DNA of 64,000 bases from Minisyncoccia bacterium (lineage in GTDB: Bacteria; Patescibacteriota; Minisyncoccia; Phycocordibacterales; UBA9973), in contig JBAQFO010000009.1 of the NCBI GenBank assembly GCA_049287305.1, positions 108,558-172,557 of the forward strand. Reading direction: 5' to 3'. The notes beneath the pieces were generated by a model. It saw only the letters and a list, made by a program, of their open reading frames with translations. It was not told where the DNA came from and did not search any database. Below, piece after piece: positions 49,555 through 58,820 of the stretch (positions are counted from its first letter, which is position 1; each line of letters starts with the position of its first letter). Position numbers and translations under genes: made by a program.

Positions 49555-50912
49555 TCCAAATTTACCACATCTCCCTGCTCCGGCGCTGAAGCTTCAATCC
49601 CTAAATTGTCTCTGAGCTTCTGAACTAAAAACATAGAAGACTTGGGTTCTCCCATAACCACAAAAACTTTTTTAAGCGACTCTTGCATGTCCTGAACAAA
49701 ATTAAGCAGTCCGTCGGAATCTTTATGTCCGGAATATCCGAAAATAGTAACTACGTGGGCTCGGACAGGAACCTCTTCTCCGGTAATCCGAACTTTGGTT
49801 AACCCTTCCTGTATCAAACGCCCCGGTGTTCCCACGGATTGGTATCCAGTCAAAAGCAAGGTGTTATTCGGGTCCGGCAAGTAATGTCTCTCATGATGCA
49901 CCACGCGTCCCCCGGTAGACATTCCGCTTCCAGCTATAACTATCTTTGGTCCTGGAACATCGGCGATAAGTTTGGATTCATCGGATTTTAAAGTGTTATG
50001 CAACCCCGGGAAATCAAACAAATATGGTCCGGAGGATATGGCCTTTTGCGCGGTTTCGTTTAAATAATTTTTATATTGCTTAAAGACATCGGTCAGCCGT
50101 ATGGCAAGAGGAGAGTCAAAGAATATAGGCATAATCGGAATTCGGTTGCCTTCCAAGAGCGCATCTAATTCAAAAAGTAGCTCCTGCGAGCGCTCCAGGG
50201 AAAACGTGGGAATTATCAGAGTCCCCTTTCTTTTATGGTTATCTTGGATTACTTCAGCCAACAGCCTACGGCGGTCATCTCGGGATTCGTGATTCCTATC
50301 TCCATAAACTGACTCCATTATCAGATAATCAACCTCCGTTACTTTTTCCGTGTCGGGAAGAAGCGGAGAAGGACTGTTCCCCAAGTCTCCAGTAAAGAGT
50401 ATTTTCTTTCCGTTGTAAACAAACTGGACCATTGCTGACCCCAAAATATGCCCCGCATTAAAAAAACTGACTTCTACTTCGGGAGTAATATTAATTTTTT
50501 CGTGATAATCAAATCCCTGCCACAGAGACATGATTAATTTTACATTTTCCGGAGAATAAATTTTATCCAGCCCCAACTCCGTATTTTTGGAAAGAATCCC
50601 CGCCGTATCCTCAAGCATTGGCAATGCCAGCCCCCTTGTTGGAAGAGTGGAATAAATTTTCCCCCTAAATCCCTCGTGGACAAGTTTCGGAATCCTGCCC
50701 AAGTGGTCCACGTGCCCATGAGTAATAAAAAGAATATCTATTTCTTTCGCGTCGTATGAAAAAGGCTCCCAGTTTATATCGTCCGCTATTTTTGTTCCTT
50801 GAGTAAGTCCGCAGTCTACTAGAATTTTTTTTCCATCAATTTCTAAAAGAAAATTAGACCCCGTTACATATCCTGCTCCTCCATAAAATGTTATCTTAGC
50901 GTTTTTTTTCAT
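49548..50912 (-). CDS. Metallo-beta-lactamase / beta-CASP family ribonuclease (RNase J / CPSF-like)
   Basis: HxHxDH motif (ITHGHVDHLGRIP), downstream beta-CASP motifs, 454 aa. Confidence 0.7.
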   Translation of the reverse strand: MKKNAKITFYGGAGYVTGSNFLLEIDGKKILVDCGLTQGTKIADDINWEPFSYDAKEIDILFITHGHVDHLGRIPKLVHEGFRGKIYSTLPTRGLALPMLEDTAGILSKNTELGLDKIYSPENVKLIMSLWQGFDYHEKINITPEVEVSFFNAGHILGSAMVQFVYNGKKILFTGDLGNSPSPLLPDTEKVTEVDYLIMESVYGDRNHESRDDRRRLLAEVIQDNHKRKGTLIIPTFSLERSQELLFELDALLEGNRIPIMPIFFDSPLAIRLTDVFKQYKNYLNETAQKAISSGPYLFDFPGLHNTLKSDESKLIADVPGPKIVIAGSGMSTGGRVVHHERHYLPDPNNTLLLTGYQSVGTPGRLIQEGLTKVRITGEEVPVRAHVVTIFGYSGHKDSDGLLNFVQDMQESLKKVFVVMGEPKSSMFLVQKLRDNLGIEASAPEQGDVVNLEC

Positions 50913-50917
50913 TCGTC

Positions 50918-51346
50918 TTATTGTATCTTAAATACCTGTTTCGGCACAATCTTTCTAATCGCATAAATAAGAGCACAAGCTCCGCCAGCAAGGTCTATTA
51001 ATATGTCCGAGACAGTATCAATCATACTGAATGCTTCCCGCCCTATAGTATTAAATGTAAGAAACTCCCCTGCTTCCCACGATATTCCAACCAATAAAAC
51101 GAACAAAAGAGCGTAAAGTAGAGTTTGCTTGTTCAGGTCTTGAATCGCTCGTCTTACAAATGGCATCCGCACTACCCCAAAGAACCATATAAAAAACATC
51201 CCCACCCAAAAACCACCCAAGAAATGCACAAATATATCAAACCACCAGATAGAATAATACCAGTAAAATTTTTGCACCAGAATATCAAGCACCCACATAA
51301 AAAGAGCAAGGTAAATTATGGGTTTAAAAAGTTGTTTCCTGTCCAT
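50918..51346 (-). CDS. Hypothetical multi-TM membrane protein (W/F-rich)
   Basis: Four predicted TM helices; no family recognised. Confidence 0.4.
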   Translation of the reverse strand: MDRKQLFKPIIYLALFMWVLDILVQKFYWYYSIWWFDIFVHFLGGFWVGMFFIWFFGVVRMPFVRRAIQDLNKQTLLYALLFVLLVGISWEAGEFLTFNTIGREAFSMIDTVSDILIDLAGGACALIYAIRKIVPKQVFKIQ

Positions 51347-51623
51347 CCCTCCATTTTACCATTTTGATAAGAAAAAATCCGCATTGGCGCGGAGTTCTTC
51401 TTAGGACTATCTCAGAAATATTACCATAGCTATATGCTAAGTGGGTGTTAGACGCGATTAACCAAGGTTAAACTCGATCGAAACTCCCATAAATTAGTGT
51501 TCTAGGTAATAATCGGAAATAACCCTACTGAAAGTATACTCCCCTCTTAAAATTTTGCAATATAGACGAATTTCTTTTTTCGTTTCGGAATTATGTAGCC
51601 TACTTTTTTAATCAATTTCCATA

Positions 51624-52184
51624 CTATTTATCTGTTCCGGTTTTGAAACTCAAATTTGGAGGTGTAACTTTGTTTTGTTCGGCACCATATTGGCTTTGTA
51701 TTTTTTGTGTTACAGGATCTTTTAGTTCCGCAAAAACCATCATAGCAACAGGGTCTTTATATTTTAATCGAATCCTTAAATTCCCGACATTTTTTATTTC
51801 TAGCACAACCACATGAGGAGCCTCAAAGGTTCCATCCGCAATTGATGCGGTTATATGTGTCGTTATGCCAAGTCGAGCAACAGTACTCCTGCCGTCTAAA
51901 ATAGCCAATATATTTGCTGGTGTTTGTATTGCTTCATAGGTGGCTCCAAGAATAAACCCGCCTGGTTCTAGGTAGAACTCTTCTTTTGTTAAATCTATTT
52001 CCTGGTAAGTAGGGCTTTGTGTGCCACTTATCTCAACAGTCTGGTTTGGTTCCGGGACCAGAATATCTTTCGCAAGATGAATTCTTATTCCAACCGGCCG
52101 GATATTTTTCTTATCAAATTCCGGCCTTATTATAAGTGTCCCGTCATCTATATATTTCTCAATTGTTTGATGTGATAAAAACAT
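51624..52184 (-). CDS. dcd: dCTP deaminase (dUTPase superfamily)
   Basis: MFLSHQTIEKYIDDGTLIIRP...GIRIHLAKD and the dUTPase-fold motifs (GRSTVARLGI). Confidence 0.8.
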   Translation of the reverse strand: MFLSHQTIEKYIDDGTLIIRPEFDKKNIRPVGIRIHLAKDILVPEPNQTVEISGTQSPTYQEIDLTKEEFYLEPGGFILGATYEAIQTPANILAILDGRSTVARLGITTHITASIADGTFEAPHVVVLEIKNVGNLRIRLKYKDPVAMMVFAELKDPVTQKIQSQYGAEQNKVTPPNLSFKTGTDK

Positions 52185-52206
52185 AGAATTTTTTTAAAAT
52201 TATAAT

Positions 52207-52767
52207 TTATTTTACTCCAAATTTTTGATAAATTTCATGGAGCATAATGTCGTATTTATGGTTCACCAAAAGGTCCTCTTTGGCAACACCCAGAGTTTCC
52301 AGAAAATCACAGAGCTCGTCCTGTATTTTTTTCCTGTCTTCGGAATTCTCGTTGGTGGTAATTTTTTCGGCTTCAATAAAGTCGCCCAGGTCTTTGACGT
52401 CATCCAAGACGATTTCCATATCTTGAAACTTTGTCTTTAATCTTTTTTTATCAACTATTATTGTTTCTCTCCACTTAAGAAGCTTGAGAATTCCAATCAT
52501 CATTTCTCCATCCGTAATTTCAAGCTCCCTTTCTATGGAATCCTGCCTGCCAGACTGAGAAATTTTTAGGGTAAAAAAATATTTGTCGTTTTGATTTCTA
52601 ACACGCAACACCGGAGTGGTGAGAGGCGGGGGGAAAGGAACGCCCTCCGGGATAAAGATATGGTCTATCTGATTAAGCTCAGAAGAAAAAGAGCAGCCCA
52701 TGTCTTCCAGCTTCTTTTTTATTTCCTCTTTATTTTTTAAATTGGCCTTGATTTCAACTTCGTACAT
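52207..52767 (-). CDS. CYTH-domain protein (class IV adenylyl cyclase / triphosphatase fold)
   Basis: MYEVEIKANL N-terminal ExExK signature and a later RVRNQNDKYFFTLK. Confidence 0.65.
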   Translation of the reverse strand: MYEVEIKANLKNKEEIKKKLEDMGCSFSSELNQIDHIFIPEGVPFPPPLTTPVLRVRNQNDKYFFTLKISQSGRQDSIERELEITDGEMMIGILKLLKWRETIIVDKKRLKTKFQDMEIVLDDVKDLGDFIEAEKITTNENSEDRKKIQDELCDFLETLGVAKEDLLVNHKYDIMLHEIYQKFGVK

Positions 52768-52780
52768 AGTGGCATATTAA

Positions 52781-52806
52781 CACAAAAGCCCCCTAGAGGG
52801 CTTTTT
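52781..52806. terminator. Rho-independent terminator after ndk (bidirectional)
   Basis: aagcccc-ctagag-gggctt hairpin followed by a T-run on both strands. Confidence 0.55.
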
Positions 52807-52809
52807 ATT

Positions 52810-53394
52810 CTATTCGTCTACTCCGAAACGCTTGTAGTCGTAAGTTTTTCCTTCACCAAACCAGTGTTTTATTTCGTGTTCTGCTTCTTCTGGGGTCTCC
52901 GAACAGTGAATTATATTCATAACTGCTCTTTTTTCCTTGTTAGCCAGCGCGGGAGAATCTATGGAAAAGTCTCCGCGAATGGTGCCTACAGCGGCAAGGT
53001 ATGGCATGGTTTCTCCCGCGATTTTCCTGACTACATCAACCGCGTGTATCCCCTGCACAACTATCTTCACCAAAGGAGAAGTTTTCATGTAGTCAATAAG
53101 CCATTTGCGAATTTCAGGACCGATAACAGCAGCGTCCATAGTGCCAAAGTCCAACATCGCGTCATACCCGTATTTCTCGTAGGTAGAAAGAGTTTTTTTG
53201 CCGAGTCTGGTAATCCACTCTTCGTTTTTGGGATAATGATTGTCTAAAAGTTCATGGGAAGGCTGAAACATTTCCAGCGCCACAATTTTCAAGTCACGCT
53301 TCTCAAACCGCGCGATTATTTCTCCGGTTAGTCCTTTACGAACCCCGTCCGGCTTTATCATTACATACGTTTTTTCTTCTTTTGGCTGCTTCAT
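52810..53394 (-). CDS. ndk: Nucleoside diphosphate kinase (with insertions; 194 aa)
   Basis: TYVMIKPDGVRKGLTGEIIARFEKRDLKIVALEM is the NDK N-terminus, and the active-site His region (NIIHCSETPEEAEHEIKHWF) is present. Confidence 0.8.
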   Translation of the reverse strand: MKQPKEEKTYVMIKPDGVRKGLTGEIIARFEKRDLKIVALEMFQPSHELLDNHYPKNEEWITRLGKKTLSTYEKYGYDAMLDFGTMDAAVIGPEIRKWLIDYMKTSPLVKIVVQGIHAVDVVRKIAGETMPYLAAVGTIRGDFSIDSPALANKEKRAVMNIIHCSETPEEAEHEIKHWFGEGKTYDYKRFGVDE

Positions 53395-53416
53395 AAATAT
53401 TATTTATTTCTTTTAA

Positions 53417-53800
53417 TTAAATTTGTAAATTTTCTATCATTCCTTCTATTCTGGCAACCTTGTCTCTAAAATTCATCCAGGCAATTTTCTTAGTCATCTC
53501 CACATTACTGTCACCGGCACTTCTCATTTTTTCTATTGTGCGTAAATCTTTTATCCATTTTTTATATGCCGCCTGCAGTTCATCCTTTATTTTCTTGTCC
53601 GTCGGTATTTGTTTATTTTTAAAAATTGTTTCAGCTTTTGCTTTTAATTCTTGTTCTAACTCTTTCAGTTTTAACCTTAGCTCGTCGGGGTCTTGAGGCA
53701 ATTCTGGTCTTGGCTCAGGATTCTCTTCCTCCGGGGAACTTTTCTTTGGTTCCACGGTCGGACCAGTAATACCAGAAGGCCATTTTTCTCCTGTGTTCAT
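53417..53800 (-). CDS. Hypothetical coiled-coil protein with Pro/Glu-rich N-terminus
   Basis: No family recognised; it sits immediately downstream of the HerA-like ATPase gene. Confidence 0.4.
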   Translation of the reverse strand: MNTGEKWPSGITGPTVEPKKSSPEEENPEPRPELPQDPDELRLKLKELEQELKAKAETIFKNKQIPTDKKIKDELQAAYKKWIKDLRTIEKMRSAGDSNVEMTKKIAWMNFRDKVARIEGMIENLQI

Positions 53801-53845
53801 AAGCCTTATTCTATCAGAAAAAATCTGCTTTGTAAAATTTTGTTT

Positions 53846-56608
53846 TTATTCCATTGAGGTGTATCGCGCCATGATTTCCGCCTCTACTTCTTCTCGGTCT
53901 CGGCCGAATTTTACGTAGGAAAGTTCTTTGAGACTGTCTACGATATCCATGTTCCCCTTCTCGGCATCCAAAGTTCTTAAATTAAAGGGCTTTGTAGGTT
54001 GGCCGTTAACCAACATGCTCATGTAAGCTTCGCGGTTATTGAGTTTGGTAATATCGTGCGCAGAAAACTGCGGTTTGAACTTTGGTTCTAAGAACGTAGC
54101 GTCTTCTGTTCCCACTCGGAACACTGCCATAGACCCAACGTTACCGAAAACTGCGTTTTTGATATTCTCTTCAAGTTGAGTTATATATTGGTGCGCAATG
54201 TTAAGAGACAGTCTGTATTTTCTCGCTTCAGACAAAATAGAAGCGATGGAGTCGGTAGTAACGTTTTGGAATTCGTCAATGTATAAGTAGAAATCATTCA
54301 TTGGCTTGCCGAACATGTCTACTCTGGACAAAGCCGCCATTTGGATTTTACCTACCAGCACAAGACCGATTAAATTAGCGTTTATATCACCAAGTCTCCC
54401 TTTTGAAAGATTAACAAGCAATATTTTTTTCTCGTCCATAATCTTTCGGAAATTGAAAACCGAATTTTGCTGAAGCACTACCGGCCGCATGATGTCGTTG
54501 GAAATAAAGTTATCAAATTTGGATGAGATATAAGGCACGAAGTTCGCAAGCGACTGGTCCCCTGTCGTCTGCTCGGCAGAAATCCAAAATTGCTTAATAA
54601 TGGGATTCTTGCATTTTGCTAATTTCATATCCCGAAATTCTTTATCGCCAAGGACACGAGTAATTTCAAGCAAAGTAGAACCGGATTCTGGGTCTTCCAT
54701 CACCAAGAAGGCGCTGTTTCGGAAATATTGTTCAAACATGGCGCCTCCTCCAACCTTCATGTCAAAAAGCTTGTTGAAAATTCCCATCATTTCGTTAACT
54801 ACGAAAGTTTTCTGCTCCGGATATTTCGGGTCGTATTCAAGCATGTTTAGCCCCATTGGACGCGCCGTGTAAGCAGGGTCAAAATATATGACATCATCAA
54901 TTCGTTCTTTGGGAATACGGGAAAGTATTGTCTGAATATCGGTGCCGTGCGGGTCAATGTAGCAGCATCCATCGCCGTTTTTTATATCCTGGGTAATCAT
55001 GTTGAGCATAATGTTGGTCTTACCGGTTCCGGTCTGACCTATCACATACATATGTCGCATTCTGTCTTCGCGAGCCAGATGTATCTCGGTATCCCGCCCA
55101 CGGTAACTGTTTATTCCCAAAACTATACCTTCCTGCCCCATTTCAATAGGGGCCGGAGCAATCCCCGCCTTGGCTTCTTTAAGCTGAGGCTGGCTGCCAA
55201 TTCCAATCGGGAAATGAAACACCGAGGCCAGTTCCTTTAAATTCATCGGTAAGGCTTTATCGGAAGCGAATGTTCGGAAAGAGAAGTCGTGAAAAAGTTT
55301 CTTCAAACCACTTCCATTTACCTGTTCAAAAATCAAGGAATTGCTGGCTGCTTCGGAGAATTGATTAAAGGACGACTCTATCTCCTTTAAAATTCCTTCC
55401 GCGCGTTCCTTGGTTTCTCCGGAGGCAATTACCCGGATGTTGGCTTTCATTATTGTGCTTTTTATTTTATTGCCAATTTTCTCCACTGCCCCTTCATCCA
55501 CCGCGCGTCGTCCCTTCATGTTTTTATCTGTTTTTTCAACTTCCGGTTTTCCTCCGAAAATCAAATCCTTACTTACCTTGGTGAGGGCTCTGTGAAATTT
55601 GTAGAAGTTATCCGCGGCATGTTTTACGGCCATACCGTCCTTAACATCATCCAAAATGATGTGAAACTCATTTATAAATTTATCTCCTGCGGGAGCGATA
55701 ACGAACTGGATGGCTGCGCCTTCCCCTGTCTTTTGGAGCTTGGAAAACACGTTCAAAATCACATTCATCGGGTCGTGTTCTATATTGTCGTATGTTTTGA
55801 GCGGCATCACGGCTCTTTCGGTAAATGAAGCGTATGCTCCCACCGAACCGCCATTTTCATTAAAAATATTATAGTCATCGGTAGCTTCGCGAATTTTCGC
55901 ATTATGATAGAAGGCGGAAATTTGTTTTTCAAAAAGAGATGTGTATTTATTGGGAATAGCCGCGTATATCACCACTTCGTCGTTTTGGTTTCCCAAAGCC
56001 ACCTCAAGAGTGAAGTAATTTTCTTCTTTATTCGCTTTTCCTTCCGAGATAGACTGCATCCCGGCGTAAAACTGCTCCATGGCGCCGATGAATTCTTTAA
56101 AGTTTTTTGATTTGTCAGCTTCATCTTCCGGCGGAGGGAGAGTTATTTCAAAAAGAGTCATATTTAAAGCTTTATAAACAGGATTGCCTTCTTTAAAATC
56201 TGATATGACCTGCCCCGTTTTCAAATATTGAACTAGAAGCCGATGGAAGTCATCGTCTATGTGCGCGCTATTCATTGCCTCTACCACGGAAAGAGCGTTG
56301 CGAATTCCCTTGGTTATAACTATGCCCAAAAGTTCTTCCATTACACTATCGTGGGGCTCTGGTTTAAGAGCCAATACTATGTTTTCCGTATCGTTTGCAC
56401 TCAAAACATTGTCTGTGTGAAGAACTTGCTCCGTTGGAATATTCTTATATTCCCCGATAACCTCCTCTGCCGCTTTTTCGGTGGCGTGTTCTACATGCCC
56501 GATTTTTATGAGTTCTTCTTCCTTTGATTTAACATGCGCGCGTAAATAATCCAACTCCTCTTCAGGAGTCTTAAATCTCGGCATTTCTTTAAAGAATGAC
56601 GGTTCCAT
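53846..56608 (-). CDS. HerA/DUF87 (FtsK-HerA superfamily, VirB4/TraD-related) P-loop ATPase with a ~500-aa unrecognised N-terminal domain
   Basis: Walker A VIGQTGTGKTN followed by the HerA-type IDPHG motif, Walker B LYIDEFQN, a C-terminal region like T4SS/HerA DNA-translocase C-domains, and no TM segments. The N-terminal 1-500 has no recognisable motif. Confidence 0.6.
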   Translation of the reverse strand: MEPSFFKEMPRFKTPEEELDYLRAHVKSKEEELIKIGHVEHATEKAAEEVIGEYKNIPTEQVLHTDNVLSANDTENIVLALKPEPHDSVMEELLGIVITKGIRNALSVVEAMNSAHIDDDFHRLLVQYLKTGQVISDFKEGNPVYKALNMTLFEITLPPPEDEADKSKNFKEFIGAMEQFYAGMQSISEGKANKEENYFTLEVALGNQNDEVVIYAAIPNKYTSLFEKQISAFYHNAKIREATDDYNIFNENGGSVGAYASFTERAVMPLKTYDNIEHDPMNVILNVFSKLQKTGEGAAIQFVIAPAGDKFINEFHIILDDVKDGMAVKHAADNFYKFHRALTKVSKDLIFGGKPEVEKTDKNMKGRRAVDEGAVEKIGNKIKSTIMKANIRVIASGETKERAEGILKEIESSFNQFSEAASNSLIFEQVNGSGLKKLFHDFSFRTFASDKALPMNLKELASVFHFPIGIGSQPQLKEAKAGIAPAPIEMGQEGIVLGINSYRGRDTEIHLAREDRMRHMYVIGQTGTGKTNIMLNMITQDIKNGDGCCYIDPHGTDIQTILSRIPKERIDDVIYFDPAYTARPMGLNMLEYDPKYPEQKTFVVNEMMGIFNKLFDMKVGGGAMFEQYFRNSAFLVMEDPESGSTLLEITRVLGDKEFRDMKLAKCKNPIIKQFWISAEQTTGDQSLANFVPYISSKFDNFISNDIMRPVVLQQNSVFNFRKIMDEKKILLVNLSKGRLGDINANLIGLVLVGKIQMAALSRVDMFGKPMNDFYLYIDEFQNVTTDSIASILSEARKYRLSLNIAHQYITQLEENIKNAVFGNVGSMAVFRVGTEDATFLEPKFKPQFSAHDITKLNNREAYMSMLVNGQPTKPFNLRTLDAEKGNMDIVDSLKELSYVKFGRDREEVEAEIMARYTSME

Positions 56609-56628
56609 TGATATAATAATAACACAAA

Positions 56629-56736
56629 AAAGGCAATAATTAATAAATTAAGAGACTTGGGAGCGCGACGGCGCAAGCACGAGGAATTTTTTAACAAAAA
56701 AATATCCGTGCTCTTAATTTATTAATTATTGCCTTT
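56629..56736. repeat. 26-bp perfect inverted repeat (aaaggcaataattaataaattaagag / ctcttaatttattaattattgccttt) around a 56-nt GC-richer spacer; the right arm overlaps the map stop codon
   Basis: Arms at 56629-56654 and 56711-56736 are exact reverse complements. The spacer contains the gcgc-gacg-gcgc mini-hairpin. On the minus strand the structure is followed by a U-run. Confidence 0.7.
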
Positions 56737-57507
56737 GATGGTTAGAATCTCGGGTTCGCCATCCGTAATCAAAATTGTGTGTTCAAAATGGGCGCTCTTT
56801 TTCTCGTCAGCGGTGCGGATGGTATATCCATCGTTGTCTATGGTTACATGCTTGGTCCCCATGTTTAGCATTGGCTCTAGCGCCACAATCATCCCGGAAA
56901 CAAGTTTCGCTCCGGTTCCCCTTTTGCCAAAGTTTGGAATATACGGGTCTTCGTGGATTGCCTTTCCCACACCGTGTCCGGACAAAACTTCCACAATCCC
57001 GTATTTTGGATTTTTAACTCTGCGAACATGGCTTTCTATGGCATATCCTATGTCTCCCACCGTGTTGCCAGCCCTGGCGGCATCTATCCCGGCATGTAGG
57101 GCTTCCAGGGTCGTTTCCAAAAGTTTAGCGTCTGCGGAACTAATCTTGCCCACCGGCACCGTAAGCGCCATGTCAGTAAAAAGACCTTTATGCTTTACCC
57201 CTAAATCTATTGAAACAATATCTCCTTCTTTTAATATTTTATTTTTGCGAGGAATTCCGTGAACCACCTCGTCGTTGACCGAAACACACAAAGACGCCGG
57301 AAATGGCTTGCTTGCTCCCTCCGGCTGATAGTTCAAAAAAGCCGGGGTATCTCCCATCCCTCTTATTAATTCTTCGGCATACGCATCCAAATCTTTGGTG
57401 GATATTCCGGGAGCAACTTTTTCTTTTACCTTATGGAGCACGGTAGCCAGATGTTTTCCTCCTTGGCGGATTATTTCAATTTCTTGCGGTGTTTTAATTA
57501 TTATCAT
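56722..57507 (-). CDS. map: Methionine aminopeptidase type I
   Basis: MIIIKTPQEIEIIRQGGKHLA..., metal-ligand residues in DIVSIDLG...HGVGKAIHE...E contexts. Confidence 0.9.
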   Translation of the reverse strand: MIIIKTPQEIEIIRQGGKHLATVLHKVKEKVAPGISTKDLDAYAEELIRGMGDTPAFLNYQPEGASKPFPASLCVSVNDEVVHGIPRKNKILKEGDIVSIDLGVKHKGLFTDMALTVPVGKISSADAKLLETTLEALHAGIDAARAGNTVGDIGYAIESHVRRVKNPKYGIVEVLSGHGVGKAIHEDPYIPNFGKRGTGAKLVSGMIVALEPMLNMGTKHVTIDNDGYTIRTADEKKSAHFEHTILITDGEPEILTIKGNN

Positions 57508-57508
57508 T

Positions 57509-58195
57509 TTAAGATATTATTGTGCCAGAAAATTTTTCTCCGTTTAAACATTTTGCCAAATTATCTATCGGTTTGCCATTCATTATCATGACACTGATAC
57601 CGCCTTCTTCCGCTGCTTTTGACGCAATAGGGTCAAAAGGAGTGCTCAATCCAGCCGAAGTCCACTCTTTTGGAATTAGATTCCGATAGTCTGGCCAAGA
57701 AATTGTCTCAAGTTTCTTGGCGTTAGAATTTAACTTAGGGTCAGAATCGTAAACGTGGTCTATGTTGGATAGGTTTATTATCTTTTTTGCCCCAACGGTC
57801 TTTGCGGCCAAGACCGCATCAAAGTCAGAGCTATGACCAGGCTCAAGCGCGCCACCTATTACAATCGGCTTATTCAAAGGAAAAGGCTTTGATAGGTCAG
57901 TAATTACCTTACTTAAGGCTTGTTCGTTGAAAACCACCCGCAACAACTCGGCATTCAAGTTGTTTGTGGCAATTCCTATCCAGTCCAGATTTTCTTTTGA
58001 AGCGGGGGTAATTTCGTTGGCGGTATTTTGATAGTTCCTGCAAGTCCTCCCTCCTCCGGTAATGATTACAAATTTTCTTCCTGAAGATACGTGGTTAAGT
58101 ATCAAGTTTTTAAATTCTTTCAGAAAATTTATATCCAAGCTGTCAGGAACAATCATAGACCCCCCAAGTGAAATAATTATTGTTTCTTCTGTCAT
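57509..58195 (-). CDS. pyrH: Amino-acid-kinase family protein, archaeal-type UMP kinase-like
   Basis: IIISLGGSMI...FVIITGGGRTCRNY...IVIGGALEPGHSSDFDAVLAAKTVGAKKIINLSNIDHVYDSDP matches the archaeal PyrH pattern (GG..R.Y / GG..PG.S.D / TNVDGVY..DP). Confidence 0.55.
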   Translation of the reverse strand: MTEETIIISLGGSMIVPDSLDINFLKEFKNLILNHVSSGRKFVIITGGGRTCRNYQNTANEITPASKENLDWIGIATNNLNAELLRVVFNEQALSKVITDLSKPFPLNKPIVIGGALEPGHSSDFDAVLAAKTVGAKKIINLSNIDHVYDSDPKLNSNAKKLETISWPDYRNLIPKEWTSAGLSTPFDPIASKAAEEGGISVMIMNGKPIDNLAKCLNGEKFSGTIIS

Positions 58196-58198
58196 ATA

Positions 58199-58783
58199 CT
58201 AAAATCCAAGAGCCTTAATTATATCTTTATGAACATTTTCTATCGGTTGTTCGCCGTTTATTTCAACAAAGTTATATCCAGGTCGGTTGCGAAAATATTC
58301 AACAGCGGGAAGAACATCTTTTTCATACCAAGCAAGTCTGTTTTTTATTTTCTCGGGTGTGTCATCGGCTCTTCTACGCTCCATCATTCTGGTATATGAC
58401 CAATCTTCAGATACATTTATCAAAACTATGTTTGGTTTTTCTATTTTGTAAAAATCAAACGCAGAGTCCAAGGCTACGGATTCTTCCATTCTTCGGCACA
58501 CTCCATCTAAAACCATATCCTCTGTTCCAGAATAGTTTTTCACCAAAAGTTCTGTCCAAATCCAAATCGGCAAAAAAACAGGAATGAGTCCGCCTTCTTT
58601 TAGTATTTCCCCAACGAGCTTGGCGGAATAATTATTCGTTTTCATAAACTCTCTGAACTGGCTGCCTGTTTCTGTATACAGCACTTCCCTTGACTGCGCC
58701 CTCAAAACATCAGCTAAAAGCTTGGCTTGGGTTCCTTTTCCGCATCCAGATCGTCCAAAAAAAACAACTGCTCGTGAATTCAT
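58199..58783 (-). CDS. adk: Adenylate kinase
   Basis: P-loop GRSGCGKGTQA, the LID region and the conserved position after secY. Confidence 0.85.
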   Translation of the reverse strand: MNSRAVVFFGRSGCGKGTQAKLLADVLRAQSREVLYTETGSQFREFMKTNNYSAKLVGEILKEGGLIPVFLPIWIWTELLVKNYSGTEDMVLDGVCRRMEESVALDSAFDFYKIEKPNIVLINVSEDWSYTRMMERRRADDTPEKIKNRLAWYEKDVLPAVEYFRNRPGYNFVEINGEQPIENVHKDIIKALGF

Positions 58784-58820
58784 GTAACTACAATATATGT
58801 TTTTTGCTTAAAAATCAAGG

